Positions 40,768-52,952 of a DNA stretch of 64,000 bases are shown here, piece after piece. Under the pieces are notes generated by a model that saw only the letters and a list, made by a program, of their open reading frames with translations, was not told the origin of the DNA and did not search any database. The position numbers were made by a program, and so were the translations under genes. The DNA lies in contig CM022666.1 in NCBI GenBank assembly GCA_012295275.1, positions 3,596,001 to 3,660,000 on the forward strand, in the 5' to 3' direction. Numbering within the stretch: the first letter of the stretch is position 1; each line of letters begins with the position of its first letter. Source of the stretch: Chrysomallon squamiferum. Its lineage: Eukaryota > Animalia > Mollusca.

Positions 40768-42561
40768 TTACAGCATGTACAGACCAAAGTAGGTTGTCTC
40801 AGGATCTCTCAAAATTCTGTTCACAACTGATGCTCTCACCACTACAGTGTCGTTGGCTTTCAGGTAGTAAACAGCTCCAATGTAGGAAGCAACAAAACCT
40901 TCCTTGTGTTCTCGTACTTTGCATGTTGTTTGAGAATGTGTGTAGAGATCATCATAATTTGGATATATTTCAATTGAGTGATATAGCCTATAGCATCCAA
41001 GCTCTGTGATTTTGTTGTCATGGAATACAACATTGCTGTATATGAAGTAGTAAGCAGCGTGTTTGACTTGAATCCCGTCAGCGACAACAGCTGCAGCTCC
41101 TTTCACAAACGATCTTTTACCAGACGACGTCCATTTGATCAAAGTTGTGTCTGAAAAGTTTGTAAGAAGAAAATATTTTTAAACAATATTTCTATTTTAA
41201 ATTGTCAACAGTCGTAGTTAGTATTAGTAATATATTTCTATAACTACAAACTTCCGCTATTAACTACTTTACACAATAACTGATATTATCACTAGTAACA
41301 CTGCTATTATTATTGGTATCACAATTTCTACTATTATTTTCTAACCATTACTAATAACTAAGTGATAACTACTACTACTACGTTTACCAGACTACTGTTA
41401 CTTCTATTTACTACTACCACGTTTATTACCAAAATCACCTATTTTAACTGAGTACTACTACTCTTCCACTACAACTACTACTACTAGTACAACTATTTTT
41501 GTTCTTACTTTTGTCATATGTTGCATTCAGTTCCATTTGTAGATGAGCCGATGTCTTCACATGAGCTGATGTCTTCAGTTCATTAGCGACATCTCTGATC
41601 TGCTTAAGTTTCTTTTCTAATATATATAAATATGAACATTATATATAAAGTACACATGTAACATTCACATAGTTTCTTTCATTTTATTCTAGGTTGGTTA
41701 TTTTGTTTACTAACAATAAGGGTACATACAAATACAAAATTATAAACACTTGTGTGGATATTTAAATATGTGTGGTTTCTCTTTGTGTATGTGTCTTTTT
41801 GTGGGATTGTGTGTGTGTCTTTTTGTGGGATTGTGTGTCTGTGTTTGAGTCTTTGTATGTGTGTGTATGTTTATGGTTGTGCTTTGTGTATCTGTGTTTA
41901 TGCGACTTTGTGTTTTTACGTATGTCTGTGTGTATATATGTGTCTGTATTAACTTACCACATTTCTCAGCTTTTGTATGACTTTCACTCAGTTTCTAAAA
42001 AGAATGTTAATAACCACTTTGAAACTCGTCCATAATAATACATTTTAAATTTATAAATATATTTCATCACAATTAATTTCTCCTTTTTCTTAATTCAAAT
42101 ATTGTTAAACGTATATGGATTCTTTATCTTTTTTTCTTTTTTTTTTTTTTTTTTTTTTTCAATTTCATTTGTAATCAACTTAACTTTTTATAATAACTTA
42201 ATACAGGATTTACCTATTTCTTAAGTTCATACTTATTTTTTTCTTCTTTTTAATGTATTTATGATTTTTTATCTGTTTTAGAATTTAAAATAGAATTTAC
42301 CTTTTTCATAATTTCACTGATCACTTTTTCTCCATCGTTGTAACAACAATACATGATATTGTTCCTGGTTCTCTTCGTAGATTTGTCATCACAACAGTTT
42401 TCTCCTGGTTTGCACGAGATTTTCACACACAGTTCCTTGTCAAACAACAAGCTGGTTTCTATGTTCAGAAATTCGTTTAGTGTTCCAGATACAATGACAC
42501 TGATGAGTATGAAGTTTAGTGCCATAAGAGAAATGGCAAGGACTGGACGAATTGGTACCAT
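40768..42561 (-). CDS. TNF superfamily ligand, copy D (262 aa, divergent THD core). Exons 42561-42301, 41994-41958, 41616-41509, 41150-40768
   Basis: 261+37+108+383 nt, GT-AG junctions, open frame, THD motifs retained. Confidence 0.9.
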
Positions 42562-44005
42562 TTTGTGTAACAACGTTTAATTCCTTTAGCTGTAAAACAC
42601 GACCATAACAAAAACAGTTGTGAGTAGTAATAAATAATACCAAGATAAATACACACACAAAATACAGATATACGCACCTAAATAACATTATTTCAGAGAA
42701 TAAACTAAAATAATAAATAAAGCAAGAAAACACACACAGAAACGCGCGCACACAGATACGACACAAAGAGCAGAATATTCTTTCGAAAAATTAAAATAAG
42801 AGTAAATGAAAACAATGACTTACGTTATGGAAATATATAACGCCTTCTTACTTCTTTTTCGTTATCGAAATAATTATTTAAATTTGTGTTAGAGTCTGCT
42901 GCTCTTTAGAAGATAACAATATTGTATTAAAACCGAACAGAAACTAGAATTTCCTCGAATCAGGGGTTTTTATTTTGAATCCTTCAGATCACTATGATTG
43001 GCTATGAGAACAATAAAACCTATAATGTTCCTAAATAAACTACATACACTTATTATTGCTGTTGTCTTGTCGTAGTCGTAGTTCTTGTTAATAGTACTAC
43101 GACTGTTGTTGCCAATGTTCATTACGTGATACGAATCGATACGCGGACTGTGATCTATTTTAAGAATTCTGGCTTTGCTCAGTTTGCCATGATTACGTCA
43201 GGTACATATGATCTACATCCAGGAACAGAAACAAGGAAAGAAAAACTTAACAACTGACTATTAACCAGGTAGTTTGTTATTTTTTATTTAATTACTCTTC
43301 AATAGTCTAGACACCAAATAAGTTATCAAAAATGTAATACAGAACCTCTACATTATTTAATTTCAAATAACCAAACATACTCCAGCTATGCACTACAGTA
43401 TATATCTACACACGATCCACGAACGAGCACAGTTATAAAAATTGGATTATTCCCTGACAGAAAAAACTAGTTATTTTTATTCATTTATTTTCATAATCGT
43501 TTCAGTGGTTGAACGTGTTTATTTGGACTAGAGATAACAGTAATCGCATGATTGAAGCAGGTTGTGAAATAAGTTCATCGATAAACTCATTCAACAACAA
43601 CAACAGCAACTGTATTGATTTATAACAATAAACATCCATTCATACAATCCGCCTATTAGTAATACGGTTGACCGACAACTATTTATAGCTAGGGTGGAAA
43701 ACCCAGTTCCCGAAGTAAATGAATATTCATTACTTCTCGGAAATCCTCAAGGTGAAAAAAACAAGCCAACAGCATAACGTTAATATGTTGTTATTTGAGA
43801 TACTGGCAACTGTCTAAAGAATCTTATTTGAGTATCAGAAACGTTTTAAATAATAAATATATGAATGGGTAAATATGTCTGTTTATGTGTTAATTGACAA
43901 AAATATAATCTCTGTTTATATGGACAAAATACATAAATAAACAAATAAATAAATAAATAAATAGCAATAACAACACCAGTAATAATTACAAACAAACAAA
44001 TATAA

Positions 44006-44048
<43 letters not shown>

Positions 44049-44121
44049 AATAATAGTAATAGTAATAATAATAATAATAAAAACAACATTTTCATTTAAT
44101 TTAACAAATCTATTTCCAAAA

Positions 44122-44177
<56 letters not shown>

Positions 44178-44211
44178 AAATCAGAAACAAATTAAAGCAT
44201 ATATTATCTCC

Positions 44212-44244
44212 TCAAAGTATGAACAGACCAGAGTAGGTTGTCTG
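44212..44244 (-). pseudogene. Relic 3' end of a sixth THD exon (QTTYSGLFIL*)
   Basis: Aligns codon for codon with QTTYFGLYML* of copy A. Confidence 0.7.
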
Positions 44245-46167
44245 ATTCAAAAACAAGTTTCTAAAATGTATAACAAATAATTCAGAACATTTTTAATAAT
44301 AAATCTATATCTATATATATATATATACCACTATTAAAAAACTGCATAAATTTCACTATTACATGATTACTGCAATGTTAAATCTGGAACCCAGAATGTA
44401 GTTAAATAGAAAAGAGAACAACAACAAGAAAAAGAAATTAGACACTTTTATACTACCTTTTAAAAGCTGTTCAAGAAAAATAATTATTTAGTGAAACTCC
44501 TGGTTTCCAGCAATCATCGACATGGATTTAAGGAACCAGGAATACGCTAAGGTCAGCTGGGTTTAGAGGGCGTGGACACTATCAGCCCCTCAGTGAAAAT
44601 ATTTTCTAGTCTGAAAATGCAGCTTGTTATTGGAGGCAAGTAACACAAAATTATCTATTACTTGTTATTATTCGCGACTCACGGGATCCAGTGGAACAAA
44701 TCAGTCCTGGTCAGACAGCGTGGTTTTGTCAACTGATCGCTCATTCCACAAGGAAAATTATTTTTATTATTATTTGTTTTTCCTCATATAATCAGATGAA
44801 TAAATTAGAAACTGATCTTACTACTTTTATAAATTTGAAATTATTTATATGTCAGACTGTTGAATATGCATCTGCAGTTTAAAGGAAATACATACACGGA
44901 TCATATTCATACTGAACACATCAAGTTTTTCAAGTATTAATTGTTATGGGTGTTTTGTCTTTCTAATTATTTGATAAAACACAAGGGCAGCAGCGGGTGT
45001 CCATCATGTTGATATCAATAATAACAAACCAGGACCTCAGTATTTTTATAGAAAAGTCTTTTACCGAAGAGAGAGAGAGAAAAAAATGTTCACTTTCTCC
45101 AAAGCAGATCTTACTCGTATGTTTAATCTGTGGTGAAAATGTTGATTAATGGAATTTTATCAGGATTTTTTTTGTTTTTTATGATGAGCAATGTTCCCAT
45201 CCGGACCTTTTGTTTATGACAAACTATTTATAGACTGGATGGAAATCTCATTTCTTGAAGAATTTTAGTTATTACTTATCAGAAACCTTAATCTAAAGAA
45301 ACACACACACACATATTTCTTAAATAACATTATAACCGTATGCTTTTTATTTGCAAATGGCAGTTATGACCTAGTTATTGTTTTGTTAAGGAACCGATCT
45401 AGCATTTCATTTTTAAAAATCTAGAATGATATTTGTGTTCATTATCAACAACAACAACATCAGAAATAAAGAAATATTTATTCTCCAAAATGCTTAAAGC
45501 GACTACTGATTGTGAAGGGACTCCCTCAGATCTTGAAGAATTATTTATTCTACTGTTATTAAAGGGACTCCCTCCACCTCATTGTTAACAACACATGTAT
45601 CTGAACAAAAAGTCTAAAAAAATGTATTACAATTATAAAAAACAACATATTAAACCAAATTCCAATACCATAATTAATTATTAATGTAAGAAGTATAAAA
45701 ATAAATACAAAATGTTAAATATACCAACTTTATTTTTAAAAAAAAAAAAAAAAAAACCACACCATTAAATCGAATTAAATCTTTATCTGATTATTATTAT
45801 TATATCTGTTTTAATAATAAATTATCTTACTTCAGACAAAAAAGTTCTTTAGTAAAAACTGATACAAAACCCTAAAAAAAAGAAGCGACAGTAAAATAAT
45901 TCTATAAATAAAATACCTATTTATAATTAGAAAAATAAACAAATAAATAAATAAAGAAATAAAGTAATAACAATAATATGCAATAATTAAAAACACTAGT
46001 ATTAGAGCAATTTTCAGTATAAGATGATGAATTAGGGCTGCTTCGTTGAGGAAAATAGTATAAATTATATTTTGAAATATATATTAAAATCACAAACAAG
46101 CAATCACAAAAAAGTAATACAGAAAATTATACATCAACAGTTACAATTGAGGCCTCTCGAAACAGTT

Positions 46168-47905
46168 TTACAGCATATACAGGCCAAAGTAGGTTGTCTC
46201 AGGATCTCTCAAAATTCTGTTCACAACTGATGTTCTCACCACTACAGTGTCGTTGGCTTTCAGGTAGTAAACAGCTCCAATGTAGGAAGGAACAAAACCA
46301 TCCTGGTATCTTCGTACTTTGCATGTTGTTTGAGGATTTCTGTAGAGGACATCATAATTTGGATATTTTTCAATTGAGTGACACAGTCTAGCGTATTCCA
46401 GCTCTCTGATTTGGTTGGCATGGAATAAAACGTTGCTGTATATGAAGTAGTAAGCAGAGTGTTTGACTTGAATCCCTTCAGCGACAACAGCCACACCTCC
46501 TTTCACAAATGATCTTTTTCCAGACGACGTCCATTTGATCAAAGGTTTTGGAAACTCTGAAATGTTTGTAAGAACAAATGATTTTTAAACAATATTTTTA
46601 TTTTAAATTGTCAACAGTTGTAGTTAGTATTAGTAATATATTTCTATAACTACAAACTTCCGCTGTTAACTCCTTTACCACAATAACTGACATTATCACT
46701 AGTAGCACTGCTATTATTGTTGTTATCACAATTTCTATAATTATTTTCTAACCATTACTAATAACTAAGTGATAACTACTACTACTTCGTTTACCAGACC
46801 AACTTTACTACTACTGTTACTTCTATTTACTACTACCACATCTATTACCAAATCACCTATTTTAACTGAGTACTACTACTCTTCCACTACTACAACTACT
46901 ACTAGTACTACTGGTACTACAGGGTGTTTGCTTTCTTACTTTTGTCATATGTTGCATTCAGTTCCATTTGTAGATGAGCCGATGTCTTCACATGAGTAGC
47001 GACATCTCTGATCTGCTTAAGATTCTTTTCTAATATATATAAATATGAACATTATATATAAAGTACACATGTAACATTCACATAGTTTCTTTCATTTTAT
47101 TCTAGGTTAGTTATTTTGTTTACTAACAATAAGGGTACATACAAATACAAAATTATAAACACTTGTGTGGATATTTAAATATGTGTGGTTTCTCTTTGTG
47201 TGTGTGTCTTTTTGTAGGTTTGTCTGTCTGGGTTTGTTTATGTGTCTTTTTGTGGTATTGTGTGTCTGTGTTTGAGTCTTTGTATGTGTGTGTTTATGAT
47301 TGTGCTTTGTGTATCTGTGTTTATGCGACTTTGTGTTTTTACGTATGTCTGTGTGTATACATGTGTCTGTGTTAACTTACCAAGTTTCTCAGCTTTTGTA
47401 TGACTTTCACTCAGTTTCTAAAAAGAATGTTTATAACCACTTTGAAACTCGTCCATAATAATAAATTTTAAATTTATAAATATATTTCATCACAATTAAT
47501 TTCTCGTTTTCATAATTCAAATATTTTTTTTCTTCTGTTTAATGTTTTTTTTATGTATTTTTATGACTTTTTTTACCTATTTCTTAAGTTTTTAAAACTT
47601 TTTGTAAATTTTTTATCCTTTTTAGAATTTGAAATAGAATTTACCATTTTCATAATTTCACTGATCACTTTTTCTCCATCTCTGTAACAGCAATACATGA
47701 TATTGTTCCTGGTTCTCTTCGTAGATCTGTCATCACAACAGTTTTCTCCTGGTTTGCACGAGATTTTCACACACAGTTCCTCCTCAACCAGGAAGTTGCT
47801 TTCTCTATTCGGAAATTTTTTTAATGTTACAGATACATTGAAACTGATGAGTATCAAGTTTAGTACCATAAGAAAAATGGCAATGACTGGACGAATTGGT
47901 ACCAT
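46168..47905 (-). CDS. TNF superfamily ligand, copy E (258 aa). Exons 47905-47645, 47417-47381, 47029-46940, 46556-46168
   Basis: 261+37+90+389 nt, GT-AG junctions, in-frame 18-nt deletion in exon 3, intact THD. Confidence 0.9.
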
Positions 47906-49371
47906 TTTGTGTATCAACTTTTAATTCCTTTAGCTGTAAAACACGACCATAACAAAAACAGTTGTGAGTAGTAATAAATAATACCAAGATAAATACACAC
48001 ACAAAATACAGATATACGCACCTAAATAACATTCTTTCAGAGAATAAACTAAAATAATAAATAAAGCAAGAAAACACACATAGAAACGCGCGCACACAGA
48101 TACCACACAAAGAGCAGAATATTCTTTCGAAAAATTAAAATAAGAGTAAATGAAAACAATGACTTACGTTGTGGAAATATATAAAGCCTTCTTACTTCTT
48201 TTTCGTTATCTAAATAATTATTTAAATTTGTGTTAGAGTCTGCTGCTCTTTAGAAGATAATAATATTGTATTAAAACCGAACAGAAATTAGAATTTCCGC
48301 GAATTAGGGGGTTTTCTTTTGGATCCTTCAGATCACTCTGATTGGCTATGAGAACAATAAAACCTTTATTGTTAGGAAACAAAATAACTAACCTAGAATA
48401 AAATGAAAGAAACTATTTTAATGTTGCGTGTGTACTGTATACATAACGTTCATAAATAAACTACATACACATATTATTGCTGTTGTCTTGTTGTAGTCGT
48501 AATTCTTGTTAATAGTATTACGATTGTTGTTGCCAACGTTCATTACGTTATACGAATCGATACGCGGACTGTGACCTATTTTAAGAATTCTGGCTTTGTT
48601 CAGTTTGCCCTGAATGCGCATAGAATATAGTCCGTCCACGAACAGAAATAAATAAAGAAAAACAACTGACTATTAACCACGTATTTTATTATTTTTTATT
48701 CAATCACTCTTCAGTAGTCTAACCCTAAATAAATGAACAAATATTTAATCCAGAACATCTACATTATCTAATTTCAAATGTCCTAATACACTCCAGCTAT
48801 TCACTACAGTATATATCTACACAAGATCCACGGAAGACGCACAGTTATAAAAATTGGATTATTCCCTGACAGAAAAAAAAAATACTATTTATTTGTATTC
48901 ATTTATGATTTAAAATCGTTTCAGTTGTTGAACGTGTTTATTTGGACTAGAGATAACAGTAATCACGTGATTGAAGCAGGTTGTGAAATAAGAGAGTGGG
49001 ACAAACACACGTTAGGTAACTCGAGAACTCGTGGACCCTGCATTCTGTATGACTAGGAAACACTTAGCAAACAGCTATTTATAAACACTGCTCGGGTAGA
49101 AACTACTGTTAAAGATAACGAGTGTACTGGGGATTTTAAAAGTTTACCAGTGAGCTACTGTTGTTACTGTCCGTTTTTTTAGACAGCAAACCAAACAGTC
49201 AAGGACGACTGCACAACTACTAAAACTAAATCATGATATATGTCTGTCTGTCTACAGGTATGTAGGTGTGTGTGTAATTATATAAATATAAATGTGTGTA
49301 TGTCTATATCTATATATATATATATATATATAGATATATATAGACACACACACTCACATATAATACACATA

Positions 49372-49402
<31 letters not shown>

Positions 49403-49440
49403 AGTAGTAGTAGCAGTAAAAATAATAGTGACGACGATAG

Positions 49441-50616
49441 CTGAATAGCTGGAGATAATGTAGATATTCTGGATTAAATGTTTGATAATTTATTTACAGT
49501 TAGACTACTGAAGAGTGAATGAATAAAAAATAATAAAATACGTAGTTAATTGTCAGTTGTTACGTTTTTCTTTCTTTGTTTCTGTTCGTACATGTATATC
49601 ACATGTATTTGGCGTAGTCTAGTTTCTATCATAAATAAAACATAAATAAATTTTAAAAAAATCCCGAAATGTTATAGTTATATTATATGTGGATCAGTAT
49701 CACATACCGAAAACATGATCAGAAGTCATGCTCTAGTGTTTCTTTTACAACGACAACAGCTGTCGTAATACTGATAATAATAGTAATAATAACATGAAAC
49801 CAGTACAACAATAATAAGGTTATATTTGATTTGAATGAAAAAGGACGCAGTTTCTCGGAAACTTTATTTTGTGTTTCGTTTTCAACACAATATTTTCTTC
49901 TAATGTGCAGCTATCTCTAACACAAATATAACAAATTATTTCGATAACAAAAAAGAAACTAGAATGTAATTATATAGTAAGTCATTTTTTCACTTACTCT
50001 TATTTTAATTATTTGAAAAAATATTTTGTAGTTTCCATAGTATCTGTGAGTGCGTTTACTTGTGTGTTTCTGTGTGTGTGTGTTTTCTTGGTTTTATTGA
50101 ATATATTACTTTATTTTTTGAAACAATGTTATTCACGTCCATATATCTATATTTTCTGTGTGTCTTCTTCTTGATATTATTTACTAATATTAATTTTTTA
50201 ATTTTTATTTTTTTTTTTTTTTTTTTTTGTTAATCTTTTACAGACTACTTCTAAAGGTACCAATTCGTCCAGTCATTGTCATTTCTCTTATGATGCTAAA
50301 CTTGATACATATCAATTTTATCTTATCTGAAACTGTAAAACAATTTCTGAACAGAGAAACCAATTTTATGTTTGATCAGGAACTGTGTGTGAAAATCTCG
50401 TGCAAACCAGGAGAAAACTGTTGTGATGAAAAATCTACGAACAGAACCAGGAACAATATCACGTATTGCTGTTACACAGATGGAAAAATAGTGATCAGTG
50501 AAATTATGAAAAAGGTAAATTCTGTTTTAAAATAGTGATCAGTGAAATTATGAAAAAGGTAAATTCTGTTTTAAAATAGTGATCAGTGAAATTATGAAAA
50601 AGGTAAATTCTGTTTT

Positions 50617-50649
<33 letters not shown>

Positions 50650-50870
50650 TCCATAAATACATTAAATACAGGGAAGAAAAAAGTATGAAATAAATAAATA
50701 AATAAATAAATAATAAAAGATGAAAACATTTTGAAAAATTAAAAAGAAAATAATATTAGAATTATGAAAAGGAGAAATTCATTGTGTGAAAAATATTTAT
50801 AAATTTAAAATTTATTATTATCGACGAATTTCAAAGTGATCATTAACATTCTTTTTAGAAACTGAGTGAA
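49441..50870 (+). pseudogene. Inverted partial TNF unit: upstream region, exon 1 (50244-50514, ATG deleted), intron 1, first 12 nt of exon 2
   Basis: Reverse complement of sequence at ~9560-11230. It reads VPIRPVIVISLMMLNL..ELCVKISCKPGENCC..YCC..ISEIMKK|gt. Confidence 0.88.
50485..50618 (+). repeat. 44-bp x3 tandem repeat spanning the exon-1 donor
   Basis: aaaatagtgatcagtgaaattatgaaaaaggtaaattctgtttt at period 44; donors at 50515, 50559 and 50603. Confidence 0.92.
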
Positions 50871-51000
50871 GAATCGTTTGATGAGGTCACCAGACAGCGG
50901 CAAACATTCTGTGACCTGCTAATTTTAACTTTAAAAATACTTTAAATTAATTTGACAAACTTTCACTTTTGACAAATATTTAAAAAAAATCTTTTTTTTT

Positions 51001-51032
<32 letters not shown>

Positions 51033-51099
51033 GGTTTTGGTTTTAAACCGAATTTAATAAAATAAAAGATCTTACGTCTTTGTACGTTTGATTATTTAT

Positions 51100-51315
51100 T
51101 TAATACATGATGTTGTTCCTGGTTGTCTTCGTAGATTTGTCATCACAACAGTTTTCTCCTGGTTTGCACGAGATTTTCACACACAGTTCCTTCTCAAACA
51201 ACAAGTTGGTTTCTCTGTTCAGAATTTCTACTGATGTTTCAGATACAATGACACTGATGAGTATCAAGTTTAGTACCATAAGAGAAATGACAAGGACTGG
51301 ACGAATTGGTACCAT
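51100..51315 (-). pseudogene. Truncated TNF exon 1 (71-aa ORF, no donor); second start stub at 51588-51628
   Basis: MVPIRPVLVISLMVLNLIL..CVKISCKPGENCCDDKSTKTTRNNIMY* is cut at the junction with the 50871-51099 element. Confidence 0.85.
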
Positions 51316-51939
51316 TTTGTGTAACAACTTTTATTTCCTTTAGAAGTAATCTGTAAAACATAACCCAAAGAAAACAAAAAGTTATTAGTAATAAATAATA
51401 CCAAGATAAATACACACACCCGCACACGTACACAGACACAATATACACACACTTATATAACACATTATTTCCAAAAATAAAATATACACTTGTACATACA
51501 GACAAATATAAAACGTTTAAAGAATGGTTAAATAAATAAACAAAATAACTATTATCAAGACAAATTCACACACAATAGACACATCTATACCATTTTGTGT
51601 AACAACTTTTAATTCCTTTAGAAGTATTCTGGAAAAATAAAAGTGTTATTAGTAATAAATAACACCAAGGTAAATGACACAAAATACAGATATACATACA
51701 AGAATAACATTCTTTCAAAAAATAAAAAATAATAAGTAATAAAATAAGAAAACACAAATACACATATAGAAATACGCGCCCACAGGTTTAACACAAACAA
51801 CAGAAAACTCTTTCGAAAAATCTTGGAGTAAATGAAAACAAGGACTTAGTAAATAGATGCTTTTAACTTCTTTTTTGTTATCGAAATAATTTTTATATTT
51901 CTGTCAGAAGATAATAATACTGTATTGAAAACAACAGAA

Positions 51940-52010
51940 AACAGAATTTCCGAGAAACTGGGTATTTCCCCGATTACATTTTATCCTCCCAATTCACATT
52001 TTGATTGGCT
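51940..52010 (-). promoter_or_regulatory. Putative TNF promoter block with kB-like site and CCAAT; homologous blocks at ~42945-43005 and ~48290-48350
   Basis: GGGTATTTCCC at 51960-51970 and gattggct (CCAAT on -) at ~52003. The block sits ~0.4 kb upstream of an exon-1 start in several units. Confidence 0.4.
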
Positions 52011-52751
52011 GTGAGAAAATATAACCTCTAAGGATGTAAGAGCCGGATATAACCCCGAAAACGTAGGTCAAAGTTTAGACCAGTAGAAAAGTGGGATTGA
52101 GGCTCAGATTAATTTATATATCGCGCCTTCGAGATTTTATATGAGCAAAGTTTTTTTTATAATGGAAGTAGTGTCAGCTGTTCTCAGCAACTCGTATTCA
52201 GTACTCATCAACGTCAGCATATTTAAACATTTTTCTCCCATCGTCATTCTTTGTGCATTTTGTATACTGTGCAATTTTGAAAACGAACGCTCCCCGTGCA
52301 GTTTGCAGTTATCGTATACGTAGACATGCGTAGCATTATTTCAATTATATGCTTAATATATAGATTAAACTAACTGCTAATTTATAATGTATATCTCAGA
52401 AATAAAACTGTAAGAAGACAAGGTTTATGAAATATTTAACTAAAAACAAAATAACTAAAATTCAAGTTTATATTATTTATTCATTGAAGTTCTGAAGTCA
52501 TCATGTTAATTGAATACATCACTTTCAAACATTACTCATGTTTTAAAATTATCATTCTTTGTTGTATGCAAACTTAAATGATAAAGAGGCTGAATGCATA
52601 CAAAATATTCTTAATCATATTACACAAGAATACAAGTCTGTACAGATTTATAGTCGAGAGAGATTTTTCTCCGAACTTGAATATTTATATAAGCTCACTT
52701 CAAGACACTGTAACTAAGACCCATTAACCATTACACGTTAATGTTACAACA

Positions 52752-52801
<50 letters not shown>

Positions 52802-52920
52802 TTAAACAAAAAAAAAACTAAAATACCAATCAAAACAAGACAGATTATTAACAATATCACATGCTTAAATTATTTTTAAAAACACTACTGAAAATGACAT
52901 GATAAACATATCTGCACATG

Positions 52921-52952
<32 letters not shown>

